NCBI GenBank assembly: GCA_947446855.1
Contig: CANFIH010000001.1
Location: 11,882-75,881 of the forward strand
DNA: 64,000 nucleotides
Origin: Burkholderiales bacterium
Lineage (GTDB): Bacteria; Pseudomonadota; Gammaproteobacteria; Burkholderiales; Burkholderiaceae_C
Direction of reading: 5' to 3'
Under the pieces are notes generated by a model. It did no database searches. It had not been told where the DNA came from and saw only the letters and a list, made by a program, of their open reading frames with translations. Below are positions 38,694 through 48,745 of this stretch, one piece after another. A program made the translations under genes and the position numbers. Positions within the stretch are counted from its first letter, which is position 1. Every line of letters begins with the position of its first letter.

Positions 38694-39718
38694 GCTGTTT
38701 CCTGTAGGTACTGCGCCTGCGGGTCCAGCCCCAGCCAGCGCAAGGCATTGCCCGAGCGCAATTGCTGCAGGGCGCTTTCCGGCAAGCCGAGCGAGCGCAG
38801 GCGTGCGGCCGGGTCGGCATCCTGGATGACAAAGGGGTAGTCCGAGCCGGCCAGAATCTGGCTGACACCAAACACCTGGATCAGGCGCTGGATGGTGTCG
38901 GCGTCGTACACCAGGTCGTCGTAATACATGCGCCGCGCCGCCAGAACCGGGTCACCGCTGAGGCTGTCGCGCATCTGGGGCAGGGTGGTCCAGGCGTGTT
39001 GCAGGCGTGGCAGCAGGGCGCTGAGTGTGCCGCCACCGTGGCTGAAGGCGATGCGCAAATCGGGCAGGCGTGCCAGCGTTCCGCCGGTAATCATGGAGGC
39101 GGCGGCCAGGCCGGTCTCGCCGGGAAAGGCCAGCACCTGCTCCAGCACGCCGGGGCCCACCAACCGGTCCATGCCGGTGGGCTTGAGCGGGTGCACAAAC
39201 ACCGCCGCGCCCCAGGCCGCTGCGGCTTCAAAAAAGGGTAGGAAGCGCGGGTCGCCAATCGCCACGCCATTGATGTTCCCACCGATCTCCACACCTGCCA
39301 GACCGAGCTGGTGAACCGCTACGTCGAGCTCACGAATGGCAAGGTCTACATTCTGCAGCGGCACCGCCGCCAAGCCCGAAAAGCGCGTGGGCTGGCTGGC
39401 CACCATCTCAGCAATGACCTGGTTCAAATAGTGCGACAGGGCCGCGCCGTCCACCGGGTCCAGCCAGTAGGACAGCAACTCGGGCATGGGCGAGAGCACC
39501 TGGCGCGTCACCTGCAGCCGGTCCATATCGGCCTGGCGGGCGGCACAGTCCCAGCAATGGTGCGAGACCGTGCGGTACACCGCACCCGACACCATCACAT
39601 GGCGGTGGCAGGGTTGTGCTGCCACCATGGAAGGCCAGGGCGCGTCCACATGGCGCCCCAGGTAGGCCGGAAAGTGCTCCGGCACCACATGGGTATGGAC
39701 GTCAATCAACTCAGACAC
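38690..39718 (-). CDS. Amidohydrolase-family decarboxylase (ACMSD-like)
   Basis: IDVHTH, LSPMPEL, VFVHP, SHGGG, YYDDLVYD, GSDYPF. Confidence 0.82.
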   Translation of the reverse strand: MSELIDVHTHVVPEHFPAYLGRHVDAPWPSMVAAQPCHRHVMVSGAVYRTVSHHCWDCAARQADMDRLQVTRQVLSPMPELLSYWLDPVDGAALSHYLNQVIAEMVASQPTRFSGLAAVPLQNVDLAIRELDVAVHQLGLAGVEIGGNINGVAIGDPRFLPFFEAAAAWGAAVFVHPLKPTGMDRLVGPGVLEQVLAFPGETGLAAASMITGGTLARLPDLRIAFSHGGGTLSALLPRLQHAWTTLPQMRDSLSGDPVLAARRMYYDDLVYDADTIQRLIQVFGVSQILAGSDYPFVIQDADPAARLRSLGLPESALQQLRSGNALRWLGLDPQAQYLQETA

Positions 39719-39721
39719 GCT

Positions 39722-40603
39722 TCAGGCCTTGGCAGCCGCAGGCAGGGTGCCGGTGGCGAAGTACTGCGCCGCCACGGTGTTGAACTCGGCTGGCGCCTCG
39801 TACTGCGGCCAGTGGGCCGCGTCGGCCTGCATCAGATAGAACTGGCTGCCGCGCACGCGGGCTGCGGCGGCACGGGCAGCTTCCAGATCATGGATGGGGT
39901 TGTCCTGGGTCCAGAGGAACAGGGTCTCGCATTGCAGTTGCTCCAGCGGGATCAGGAATTCGTCATGCCGCTGTATCAGGGCGTTCACGGTAGGCGCCAC
40001 ACGTCGGGTGTCCGCGGCCAGGTAGATGCGCAGGCGCAGGTCAATCAACTCCTCAACCAGCAGATGGTGGTTGTTCGGGTGCATCAGCCACTGCATGCGG
40101 GCCGTGACCGAGGCCCGGTTGGGCACGGTGTCCACATTGGCCTTGTTCAGGGCCATGAAGTTCTGCATGTCTTGCTTGCCCTTGGTCGACACCACCGGAA
40201 TGCCACCAGCCGTGTTGAGCATCAGGCGGCGCACGCGCTCGGGGTACTTGGCGGCAAACAGGCCGGAGACCCAGCCGCCCAGCGACTCGCCCGAGAGATG
40301 GGCTTTGTCAATGTGCAGTGTGTCCATCAGGGCCAGCAACTGTTCCGCAAACACCGCGGGGGTGTAAGCGTCCAGCTTTTTGTCCGACAGGCCGTGGCCC
40401 ACATAGTCCAGGGCAATCACATGGAACTGCCCGGACAGGGCCATCAGGTTCTTTGCATAGGCCTCCAAGTGCCCGTTCATGCCGTGCTGGAAGAGGATGG
40501 TTTCCGGGTTGCCTACACCTGCCTCGGCAATGCGGATGCGGCCAAAGTGGGGGGTCTCAACATAGCGGATCTCGGCGCCGAGAAAATCAAGCCACAGGCT
40601 CAT
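39722..40603 (-). CDS. Meta-cleavage-product hydrolase (CmtE-like alpha/beta hydrolase)
   Basis: HGMNGHLEAY, GESLGG nucleophile elbow, AHWPQYE. Confidence 0.82.
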   Translation of the reverse strand: MSLWLDFLGAEIRYVETPHFGRIRIAEAGVGNPETILFQHGMNGHLEAYAKNLMALSGQFHVIALDYVGHGLSDKKLDAYTPAVFAEQLLALMDTLHIDKAHLSGESLGGWVSGLFAAKYPERVRRLMLNTAGGIPVVSTKGKQDMQNFMALNKANVDTVPNRASVTARMQWLMHPNNHHLLVEELIDLRLRIYLAADTRRVAPTVNALIQRHDEFLIPLEQLQCETLFLWTQDNPIHDLEAARAAAARVRGSQFYLMQADAAHWPQYEAPAEFNTVAAQYFATGTLPAAAKA

Positions 40604-40754
40604 GGGGTATTCCTTTGGTGGGGTAAGTGGGAAGAGTCAGGTGCAGGCCCGCATGCAGGCGAACCCATCGGACCGACAGGACGCAGGGATGCCACAGCCC
40701 ACAGGATGTGAGGGCAGGGGAGGGAGGGTTTAAGCGGAACGCAGCAGGAAGGCG

Positions 40755-41396
40755 CTACAGGCTGTCCAGGTACAGGACCACCATTTTTCGCCACAGCTTG
40801 AAGAGGCGATTGAAGCGCTGGGCATCGTTCTGCCAGAGCCGTCGCACGGCCAGACCACGTACGATGCTGATGCTCAGCCACAGCAGGTCTTCCGCCACAG
40901 CCGCGGGTACGCCGGATTCGATCAGGGCCTCCAGCCAGCTGGCTTCCACCGGCAGTCGTGAGGCCGCCGAGATGGTGCTCACGGTGTGCTCCTCGCCGGT
41001 TTTCATGCGGCCCTGTATGGCCAGGTCGAGCGCAATCAGGAACAACTCGCTGAAAAAGAAGTCCTGGCTGTCCGAGAGCAATTCCTTGATGGCATCGTCC
41101 ACCGAGTTGACGCGTCGCGCCCGCTTGCGTCCGGCTTCTGCGGCTCGCTGAAACACATGGTCGACCACGGCCACCACCAGTTCGTCCTTGGACGGGAAGT
41201 GATGTGTCTGGGCGCCCCGTGACACCCCAGCCAGCGTGGCGACGTCGGCCGTGCGAAAGCCGGCATAGCCCTTGGCGGCCAGCACGTCCACCGCTGCGTC
41301 GAGCAGGCGCCGCCGGGTTTCTTCCGTGCGTTCGGCCTGGGTGCGCCGCGCCTTGACGGGTTTTTGTGCGGTCTCGTGGGGGGCTTTTGTCGTCAT
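40755..41396 (-). CDS. TetR-family repressor (CymR-like)
   Basis: RRTQAER...LLDAA...GYAGFRTADVA..AGVSRGAQTHHFPSK, similar to recalled CymR N-terminus. Confidence 0.88.
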   Translation of the reverse strand: MTTKAPHETAQKPVKARRTQAERTEETRRRLLDAAVDVLAAKGYAGFRTADVATLAGVSRGAQTHHFPSKDELVVAVVDHVFQRAAEAGRKRARRVNSVDDAIKELLSDSQDFFFSELFLIALDLAIQGRMKTGEEHTVSTISAASRLPVEASWLEALIESGVPAAVAEDLLWLSISIVRGLAVRRLWQNDAQRFNRLFKLWRKMVVLYLDSL

Positions 41397-41432
41397 CGTG
41401 GTCGGCCGTCTCGTTGCAGCAAGGGATTGTCT

Positions 41433-42218
41433 TCACAACATCGTACTCCCGCCATTGACGCTGATCACCTGGCCGGTAACAAAAGCTGCCTCACGCGTGG
41501 CCAGATAGACCACCATTGACGCCACCTCTTGCAGCTCGGCCGCACGGCCCATGGGAATGACGCTCAGGAATTTTTGGGCCACCGCGGGTTTGTCCCGCAC
41601 GAACTGGCGCAGCTGGTCGCTATTGACGGCGCAGGGCGCCACGGTGTTGACGGTTATGCCGGATGTGGCAAATTCACGCGCCAGTCCGGTGGTCAGGGCG
41701 TGCACTCCGCCCTTGGCAGCGTTGTAGGCGGCATGGTCGGGCAGACCGTTGCGCACCGAGTCGGCACCCAGGTTGATGATGCGTCCAAATCCCTGGCTCA
41801 CCATGCCGGGCAAAAAGGCCCTTGTGCACCAGATCGTGGTCCACAGGTTGCGGTCTATGGTCTGGCGCAAGGTCTCGGCGGTATGGCTGAGAAAGGGCAG
41901 GATCACGCCACCGCCGGCGTTGTTGACCAGAATGGATGCATCGCCAAAGGCGGTTTGGGACTGGGTCAGCAGGGCGTGGGCACCTGCTTCAGTGGACAGG
42001 TCGCCGCTCACACCCAACACCGGCACATCGAAGGCTTGCCTTATGCGCTGCGCCTGGGCCTGCAACTCCTGCTCTGCCACATCGGCCAGTACCAGGGTCG
42101 CACCTCCGCTGGCGAGGGCTTCGGCAATGGCCAGGCCGATGCCGCGCGCGGCGCCGGTGACCACGGCCACCTGGCCTTTGAAGCGTGCGTTCTCAGAGGC
42201 TGATGCGTGCGTGTTCAT
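41433..42218 (-). CDS. cmtB: cis-dihydrodiol dehydrogenase (CmtB-like SDR)
   Basis: TGAARGIG, NNAGGGVI, DRNLWTT, GADSVRNGL, YNAAKGG, VNGGSTML. Confidence 0.75.
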   Translation of the reverse strand: MNTHASASENARFKGQVAVVTGAARGIGLAIAEALASGGATLVLADVAEQELQAQAQRIRQAFDVPVLGVSGDLSTEAGAHALLTQSQTAFGDASILVNNAGGGVILPFLSHTAETLRQTIDRNLWTTIWCTRAFLPGMVSQGFGRIINLGADSVRNGLPDHAAYNAAKGGVHALTTGLAREFATSGITVNTVAPCAVNSDQLRQFVRDKPAVAQKFLSVIPMGRAAELQEVASMVVYLATREAAFVTGQVISVNGGSTML

Positions 42219-42239
42219 GGTTGGGTCATCGCTTGCGGA

Positions 42240-42728
42240 CTAGAGAAGAATGCTGACCCGGCCATGGGGGCGCAAGGCGTCCATGTCCAGCATGCAGCGC
42301 TTTTCGCGGATGCGGAGTTGACCCTCAGCCAGGGTCAGGCGGTAGCGGTAGCTGCCCACGTAGACATCGGCAGCGCCGTTCTTGAAGCGGTGCACCGCAA
42401 AGGCGGCGGATACTTCAAGCTCGGTGTCGCTGCGCTGATCGATCAGCACATTGGTCACCATGTGGCGGGTGCGCGAACGCGGCCATTCCACGTGGGCCGA
42501 TTTCTTGGCCAGACGCAGCACGCGCTCTTGCAGGCGCTGGCGGTCATCGGCAATGTAGAACAGTGTGTTGTCCGGTTGGACTTCCGGGCTGGTGCCTACG
42601 GCGGGCACGTGGTAGACGGCATCGTCGGTGAACAAGGCCAGCCATTCCTTGAGTTGCCAGCGGTCCAGCATGGCGGCCTCGCGGTACAGGTACTCCTCAA
42701 CGTCGGCACGTGTGGTGTTTGCGATCAT
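42240..42728 (-). CDS. Aromatic ring-hydroxylating dioxygenase beta subunit (CmtAc-like)
   Basis: YREAAMLD.W, YHVP, EWPRSRTRH.VTNV, LRPHGRVSILL. Confidence 0.88.
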   Translation of the reverse strand: MIANTTRADVEEYLYREAAMLDRWQLKEWLALFTDDAVYHVPAVGTSPEVQPDNTLFYIADDRQRLQERVLRLAKKSAHVEWPRSRTRHMVTNVLIDQRSDTELEVSAAFAVHRFKNGAADVYVGSYRYRLTLAEGQLRIREKRCMLDMDALRPHGRVSILL

Positions 42729-42758
42729 GGTCATTTCCTCGGTATTGGCGCGTGGCAT

Positions 42759-43661
42759 TCAGAAGGTGGCGGGCTCAATCACGCCGCCCTTGCCAAACTT
42801 GGGTGCGGGTGCGCCGCCCCAGCTGTCCAGAATTTCGGGCCGGATCGGCAGCTGCCGTGCATCGCGCGAACCCACTTCGGGGAACTCCTCCATGCCAAAG
42901 CTGTATTCCAGGGTCATGCCGTCCGGGTCCAGGAAGTAGATGAAGATGGAGTTCGAAATGGCATGACGTCCCGGGCCATACACCACCTCCACGCCCGCCT
43001 TGCGCATGCGGTTCATGGCGCAGCCCACATCGTCGACATCGGTCACCATGAAGTTGATGTGGTGCAAACCGTCGGCCTCACCACGGCTGACGCCAAAGGT
43101 GTGGTGCAGTGGATTGGGAAAGCAGCGCAGGAATGCGACCAGATCCCCGAAATGGTCGGAGACCCGGAAGTTCAGCTGCTCGTTCAGGGTCTTGAGCACG
43201 GCATCGCGCTGTTCGCAACGAATCACCACATGGCCCAGGCGCTCGATTTTGGAGACGGTTGGCAGGTAGGCACCGGCGCCGTGTTGCATGTGTGCGTAAA
43301 ACTCGAAGGTCAAGGTGCTGTCGGGAATGCTGAAGCGAAAGGTCCTACCCTGGTGCAATTGCCGTGTTTCTTCCGGATCAACTTCCTGACGCGGCCAGCC
43401 CATCTGGTCGATGTAGAGCGCAGCCTGCTCCAGGTCGGCATCCGATTCCAGTTCAAAGGCCATGCGCTTGATGCCGGGCGCGCTCGACTGGTACAGCACG
43501 ACGTTGTGGTGATCCTGGCTGCAGCGAAAGAAGGCCACATCAGAACCCTGCCGGGACTCCAGTTGCAGGCCGACGAGATCGCGGTAGAAGGCAACCGAGG
43601 CTTCGAGGTTGCTCACATTGAGGGCGACGTAGCCCGGCTTGCGGTAGCGAAAGGGAACCAT
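42759..43661 (-). CDS. cmtC: Extradiol dioxygenase, VOC family (CmtC-like 2,3-dihydroxy-p-cumate 3,4-dioxygenase)
   Basis: GYVALNV, RLGHVV, PNPLHH, HHINFMV, GPGRH, YFLDPDG.TLEY; start after GGAGA. Confidence 0.78.
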   Translation of the reverse strand: MVPFRYRKPGYVALNVSNLEASVAFYRDLVGLQLESRQGSDVAFFRCSQDHHNVVLYQSSAPGIKRMAFELESDADLEQAALYIDQMGWPRQEVDPEETRQLHQGRTFRFSIPDSTLTFEFYAHMQHGAGAYLPTVSKIERLGHVVIRCEQRDAVLKTLNEQLNFRVSDHFGDLVAFLRCFPNPLHHTFGVSRGEADGLHHINFMVTDVDDVGCAMNRMRKAGVEVVYGPGRHAISNSIFIYFLDPDGMTLEYSFGMEEFPEVGSRDARQLPIRPEILDSWGGAPAPKFGKGGVIEPATF

Positions 43662-43687
43662 GGATATCTCCGTAGGGGTGGGGTCGC

Positions 43688-44980
43688 TCAAGCGGCGGTG
43701 GGGGATGCGGTGGCTGGTGTGGCCTGCTGCAGCAAGGCGTGCCAGCGCGACCAGAAGGTGCGGATCTGGTGCTCATCCACGGTGGCGGGCTCGGCCTTGT
43801 TCATGCCGCGCGACAAATCGTTCCATGCCGCTTCGCGCGCATTGGCATAGCCGCGCTGGCAGTGCTCCAGCATCTCCACGTCGTCCGGCGTGGCAAAGCC
43901 GCCGGGCCCAAAGAACTCCAGGAAGCCGTTGAGCCGGTTCTTGCGCAGCCAGTCTTTTTCTTCCGAAGGGCCAATCGCCCAAGCCGTCACTTCCATGTAG
44001 TCGGGCTGCTTGGGGAAGAAGGTGCGCAGCGTCACCGACATGCCATCCACGATGACCAGGTTGGGGAATATCAGCAGGTTGCGGCTGTTCTTGGCGATGC
44101 GCGTGGCACGCTCCTCGCCATGCTTGGCAAGCAGGCGGTCATACACGGCGTCAATGTCCGGCTTGCGCTCCTCGCCCCAGGCCGGAACCCAGTTGGCGAC
44201 CGGGCGGCCCCAGGGCGCCGAATACTCGACCACCGCGTGGCCGTTGTCCAGGTCGCGGGCAAAGCCGACCACATTGCTTTGGGCCAGCATGCCGTTCATA
44301 TTCTTCAGGTAGTCGAAGTAGGTGGCATGGGTGGAGACCGCGTGGTAGCCGTCTATGCTGTTTTCCACCAGCAGTTTCCAGTTGGCGCGTATGGCGTATT
44401 CCTGTGTGCCGCTGATAATTTCCATGCCTGCATCGGACTGGTCGGCCAGCAGGTCCAGGTATTCCTTTGCACCGGCAAGGTAGTCCGCCAGCGAAACCGC
44501 CTGGGCATCGAAGCAGACAAACCAGAAATCACGGTGTTGCTCAAGGCGCGGCACGGCGACCAGATCGGCGCAGCCGCTGCCGTTAAAGCTTTCGCTGTAG
44601 GACTCTATGCCGGGCAGGTCGCGCATCTTGCCGTCGGCACCAAAGACCCAGCCGTGGTAGCTGCAGGTGAAGTTCTTGGCGTTGCCCGCAGGCTCACGGC
44701 AGACGGTGGCACCCCGGTGCGGACAAGAATTGAGAAAGGCGTGCACGAGGCCTGCCACATCACGGTTGAAGATGATGTTGCGCCCACCCACGGGGCGGGT
44801 CACAAAGGAGCCCTTCTTGGGCAGCTCTGAACTGTGGCCCAGATAGAGCCAGCAGCGGTCAAAAATCTGCGCACGCTCGGCTTCGAACACGCTCTGGTCC
44901 ACAAAGGACTTGCGGGCTACACGAAACACACCGGCATCGCGGTCGACATCCAGCAAATGTTGAAAACCTGTATCGCTCAT
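43688..44980 (-). CDS. Rieske ring-hydroxylating dioxygenase alpha subunit (CmtAb/p-cumate dioxygenase-like)
   Basis: CPHRG...CSYHGW Rieske ligands; ENSIDGYH...H and GPGGFATPDD mononuclear-iron ligands. Confidence 0.9.
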   Translation of the reverse strand: MSDTGFQHLLDVDRDAGVFRVARKSFVDQSVFEAERAQIFDRCWLYLGHSSELPKKGSFVTRPVGGRNIIFNRDVAGLVHAFLNSCPHRGATVCREPAGNAKNFTCSYHGWVFGADGKMRDLPGIESYSESFNGSGCADLVAVPRLEQHRDFWFVCFDAQAVSLADYLAGAKEYLDLLADQSDAGMEIISGTQEYAIRANWKLLVENSIDGYHAVSTHATYFDYLKNMNGMLAQSNVVGFARDLDNGHAVVEYSAPWGRPVANWVPAWGEERKPDIDAVYDRLLAKHGEERATRIAKNSRNLLIFPNLVIVDGMSVTLRTFFPKQPDYMEVTAWAIGPSEEKDWLRKNRLNGFLEFFGPGGFATPDDVEMLEHCQRGYANAREAAWNDLSRGMNKAEPATVDEHQIRTFWSRWHALLQQATPATASPTAA

Positions 44981-45011
44981 GGGCACTCCGGGAGTTTGAC
45001 TTCAAATATTA

Positions 45012-45033
45012 ACAAACCGACTGACTTGTTTGT
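45012..45033. promoter_or_regulatory. CymR-type (cumate operator-like) site
   Basis: ACAAAC-N10-GTTTGT inverted repeat just upstream of the cmt-like operon; arms resemble the CuO operator. Confidence 0.65.
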
Positions 45034-45133
45034 ATATTATTTGATAACGGAAATTTCCTCCAAGGGGTTTACCCGTACCGGTGACCATGGCGCGTGTAAA
45101 GATGCCGATGCAAAGTGCGTCGAATGTCGCCTT

Positions 45134-47533
45134 TCAGGCGCCAGTTGCGCTCGCCATGCTGTGTGGTCTGGTCGTGTTGAGCAAAGCACTCAGGGCAGGA
45201 ATCATCACCACCGCACCAAACATGTTCCACAGAAACATAAAGGCAAGCAGCAGGCCCATATCAGCCTGGAATTTGATATCAGAAAATATCCAGGTCGAGA
45301 CACCTAACGCCAACATGACCCCGGTCAGACCCACGGCAACTCCGGTGGTCTTCAGCGTCTCAAAGTAGGCATCCTTGAGCGCCATGCCCTGCTCCAAAAA
45401 GTACTCCAGCTTGTTGTAAATGTAGATGCCGTAGTCCACGCCTATTCCGATCCCCAGCGCGATAACAGGCAGTGTGGCCACCTTCACCCCCAAGCCCAAC
45501 TGCGCCATGATGCCCTCGCACAGAACCGAGGTGACGTACAGGGGCGCCATGATGCATAGCGTGACCCGCCAGGATTTGAATTCCCAAATGACCAGCAGCG
45601 CAACCATGCCGTAAACCAAGGCCAGCATCAGGGACTCGGAGTGCTTGATCACCATATTGGTTGCCGCATCAATACCGGCGTTGCCGGCGGCAAGTTCGAA
45701 GCGGATGTTCTCGTCGTTGTTCGCGGCTGCGAATTGCTCCACACCCTGAACCACAGTGTTCAGCGTTTGTGCCTTGTGGTCCTGTAAAAACACCAGCACC
45801 GGCACCATAGAGCAGGCGCTGTTGTACAGCTCAGTCGGCAACACCCGGTGTGCGGCGTTGGAGCTGAAGCGGTTGCGGGTCAGCGACTGCCAGCGCATGT
45901 CGCCACCGTTCTGCCCTGACAGCACCCGCTTCATGGAGGTGAACAAAGAGCTGGTTGATTCCACTCCCGGCAACTCCTCCATTTGCTGCTGAAACAGGTC
46001 AACCGCAGCGGCAACGGAATAGGCGCCGCACTCGCCCTTCGGGGTGGTCACCATTACGACAAACACATCCGGGCTGGTGGCGTAGTGGGCTGCAATATAG
46101 GCGTTGTCCCGGTTGTAGCGGGACTCCACGCGAAGCTCGGGCGCCCCGGGGTCCAGATCACCAATTTTCAAATCTCGGCTCATCACGAAGCCAGCCGCAA
46201 AGATGGCAGTCGACAGGCCCACTGCGATCCAGGCCATCCTGGGCTCGGCAAAGCGCGAGAGCAGGTGTGCCCAACGGTAGCTGCTCTGCATGCGCCGCTC
46301 CTGGTGGCGCATACCGGCGGGGCTGATTCCCATATACGACATCAGGGCGGGTAGCAAAAACATCTTGGTGAGAATCACCACCGCAACACCCACGCTGGCG
46401 CTGATGGCCAGTTCGCGGATCACACCGATATCAATGACCAGCAGGGTGGAAAAGCCGACGGCGTCGCAGAGCAGGGCAATCGTTCCGGGGATAAATAGAA
46501 CCCGAAAGGTTGCCTTCGCCGCCTCGATGTTGCTTCGACCCAGCACACGCTCCGTGGCCATGGTGCTGATGTTTTGCACCGCGTGGCTGACACCAATGGC
46601 AAAGGTCAAGAAGGGCACCAGAATGGAATAGGGGTCTAGTCCGAAACCTAACAGGCGCACGATACCGAGTTGCCAAATGACGGCCAGGCTGCAACAAAAA
46701 ACCGTGGCGAAGGTGCTGCGCCAGCAGCGGGAATAGGCCAGCAGAACCAACACCGTCAGGGCAAAGGTGAGGCCAAAAAAGAGCCCAATGGCGCGGGCGC
46801 CTTCGATCAGGTCACCCACAATTTTGGCAAAGCCGGTGATGTGGATGCGGGTGTGATCGTTCTGGAACTTGCTGCGCACCAGCTCTTCCAGTCGCTGCGA
46901 CAACTGACCATAGTCCAGACGGGCGCCGGTTTGTGGATCCACTTCCAGCAGTGGCGCGAGGACGATGGCGGAGCGCTGGTCGCTGGCCACGAGGGTGCCT
47001 ACGATGCTGGACCTGGCCACATTGGTACGCACACTGTCAATCGACTCTGCCGAACCGTTGAATCCCTGGGGAATCATTTGTCCGGCAGTCAGGCCCTCCT
47101 CGGTGACTTCGTTCCACAGCACATTGGGAGTCCAGAGTGACTTCAATGCCCCCCGGTCCACGCCAGGGATGTAGAACACCGCGTCGGTGACAGCTTTGAG
47201 TGTCTCCAGAAATTCCTTGTCGTAAATATCACCCCGGGTGTTCTCTACCGCCACACGGATCACATTGCCCAGGGGGCGGAGCTCATTTTCAAACTTCAGA
47301 TAGTTGGCGATATAGGGGTGGGACGCTGGCACCATCTTCTGGAAGCTGGCATCCGGACGCAGCTGCGCGGCCTGGTGGGCAAAGACCAGGGTCAATAGTA
47401 TGAAGATCGCCAGCACGGGTGCGCGCACCCGGACAAAATAGTGTTCCAGCAGCCGTTCGATGCGACCGACGCGTTGGTGGTGGTCCAGGTCCACATCGCC
47501 CGATGCGCTTATCTCTGTGACTTTGTCGTTCAT
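45134..47533 (-). CDS. RND-superfamily (MMPL-like) transporter
   Basis: 799 aa, two hydrophobic repeats; AIGVSHAVQ and GIGVDYGIY motifs. Confidence 0.88.
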   Translation of the reverse strand: MNDKVTEISASGDVDLDHHQRVGRIERLLEHYFVRVRAPVLAIFILLTLVFAHQAAQLRPDASFQKMVPASHPYIANYLKFENELRPLGNVIRVAVENTRGDIYDKEFLETLKAVTDAVFYIPGVDRGALKSLWTPNVLWNEVTEEGLTAGQMIPQGFNGSAESIDSVRTNVARSSIVGTLVASDQRSAIVLAPLLEVDPQTGARLDYGQLSQRLEELVRSKFQNDHTRIHITGFAKIVGDLIEGARAIGLFFGLTFALTVLVLLAYSRCWRSTFATVFCCSLAVIWQLGIVRLLGFGLDPYSILVPFLTFAIGVSHAVQNISTMATERVLGRSNIEAAKATFRVLFIPGTIALLCDAVGFSTLLVIDIGVIRELAISASVGVAVVILTKMFLLPALMSYMGISPAGMRHQERRMQSSYRWAHLLSRFAEPRMAWIAVGLSTAIFAAGFVMSRDLKIGDLDPGAPELRVESRYNRDNAYIAAHYATSPDVFVVMVTTPKGECGAYSVAAAVDLFQQQMEELPGVESTSSLFTSMKRVLSGQNGGDMRWQSLTRNRFSSNAAHRVLPTELYNSACSMVPVLVFLQDHKAQTLNTVVQGVEQFAAANNDENIRFELAAGNAGIDAATNMVIKHSESLMLALVYGMVALLVIWEFKSWRVTLCIMAPLYVTSVLCEGIMAQLGLGVKVATLPVIALGIGIGVDYGIYIYNKLEYFLEQGMALKDAYFETLKTTGVAVGLTGVMLALGVSTWIFSDIKFQADMGLLLAFMFLWNMFGAVVMIPALSALLNTTRPHSMASATGA

Positions 47534-47539
47534 GGGAGA

Positions 47540-48700
47540 TCAGTCAGCAGAGGAGTCAATAGGAATGGACCGTGCCCCGCCCGCACCAACCAACAAAAGG
47601 TTGGGCTTGGGCGGTGCCTGTCGCAGCACCGCAGCCACCGGGCGACCGGGAGGCGATGGAAGGAGTAGGAAGGTTTGTCCCTGATCACGACTGATGAGTT
47701 GCCGACCGTCGCCGGTGACCAGCAGGACGGTGCCGTTTTCCAATGTCAATCCGGCAACGATAGGCTTGTTCGTCAGCTTGGGCAGGGGCGTCCAACTGCG
47801 GCCGTCGTCAGTGGAGCGAAAGATGCGGCCCGCAAAGCCGAAAGCGAGCAGCGTGCGACCGCTGGCGAGCGCCAGACTGCCGTACAAATGCCCCGGGTAT
47901 CTGGTGTCCAGGGTCTCCCAGCTGTCCCCGGCATCCCGGGACCTTCTGAGCTTTCCAGCCTCGCCCGCAACCATCAGGTCTCCATTGGCAAGTTGCTCTA
48001 TGGAATTGAGGTGCAGGTTGTCCGGATTGACAATGCGCGAGCTCCAGGACTCCCAGCTGCTGCCACCATCAAGGGTGTGGAAAAACTGACCGAAGGCTCC
48101 CACTGCGAGCCCCTCGTCCGCGTTCCTGAACCAGAGACCCAATAGCGGCATGGAGGGGCCAAAAACGCTGCTGGCCTTGGCGTCTTCCAGTGCATTTTGT
48201 ATATTTTCCAGAGCGCTTGCGTCAGCTGCGCGCGTTTTCTCCGCAGAGGCTTGCAGTGCAGCTTTTGCCGCAGTGACACGGGTTTCCAGACCCGCCAGCA
48301 CCAGGCTGTTCGCATTGTTTCCATCAAACTGCTTGTGCCAGGACTTTGCGCCGTCATCGGTGCGCAGGATCACGCCGTCGTGTCCAGCCGCCCAGCCTCG
48401 TGCGGGGCTTACAAACCGCAGGCTCGTCAGCGTGACCGACACCGGCACAGTGGCCTGCTTCCAACTTGAGCCCTGGTCATCCGAATAGACGATGATGCCC
48501 CGCTCACCCGCAGCGACTATGCGATCGCCGGCGCGTGCAACGGCCAGGAGCAGGCCCTTGGAGGCCTTGACCGTTTGGTATGCGGGCCGCTGCAGCAGGT
48601 CGACGGCAGCTGAGGCGGTGTGCGGCAGAAATACAAGGCCGCTTGCCGCCACAGACCATGCGGCATACAGGAGCAGACTTCGGGAGTAAGAGAGGGGCAT
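47540..48700 (-). CDS. YCF48/BNR-repeat beta-propeller periplasmic protein
   Basis: Signal peptide; repeated SxDxGxSW Asp-boxes; GERG, GHDG motifs; start uncertain. Confidence 0.85.
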   Translation of the reverse strand: MPLSYSRSLLLYAAWSVAASGLVFLPHTASAAVDLLQRPAYQTVKASKGLLLAVARAGDRIVAAGERGIIVYSDDQGSSWKQATVPVSVTLTSLRFVSPARGWAAGHDGVILRTDDGAKSWHKQFDGNNANSLVLAGLETRVTAAKAALQASAEKTRAADASALENIQNALEDAKASSVFGPSMPLLGLWFRNADEGLAVGAFGQFFHTLDGGSSWESWSSRIVNPDNLHLNSIEQLANGDLMVAGEAGKLRRSRDAGDSWETLDTRYPGHLYGSLALASGRTLLAFGFAGRIFRSTDDGRSWTPLPKLTNKPIVAGLTLENGTVLLVTGDGRQLISRDQGQTFLLLPSPPGRPVAAVLRQAPPKPNLLLVGAGGARSIPIDSSAD

Positions 48701-48745
48701 GCGTTTGTGCACCAACTGCAGTGCGTTAGTGAGTGGAGATCAGGC

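Noticed and set aside
42207-43850. 547-aa + strand ORF, and similar shadows such as 26529..27896, 24603..25964 and 39311..40711
   Set aside because: All lie opposite clear enzymes or regulators and lack motifs
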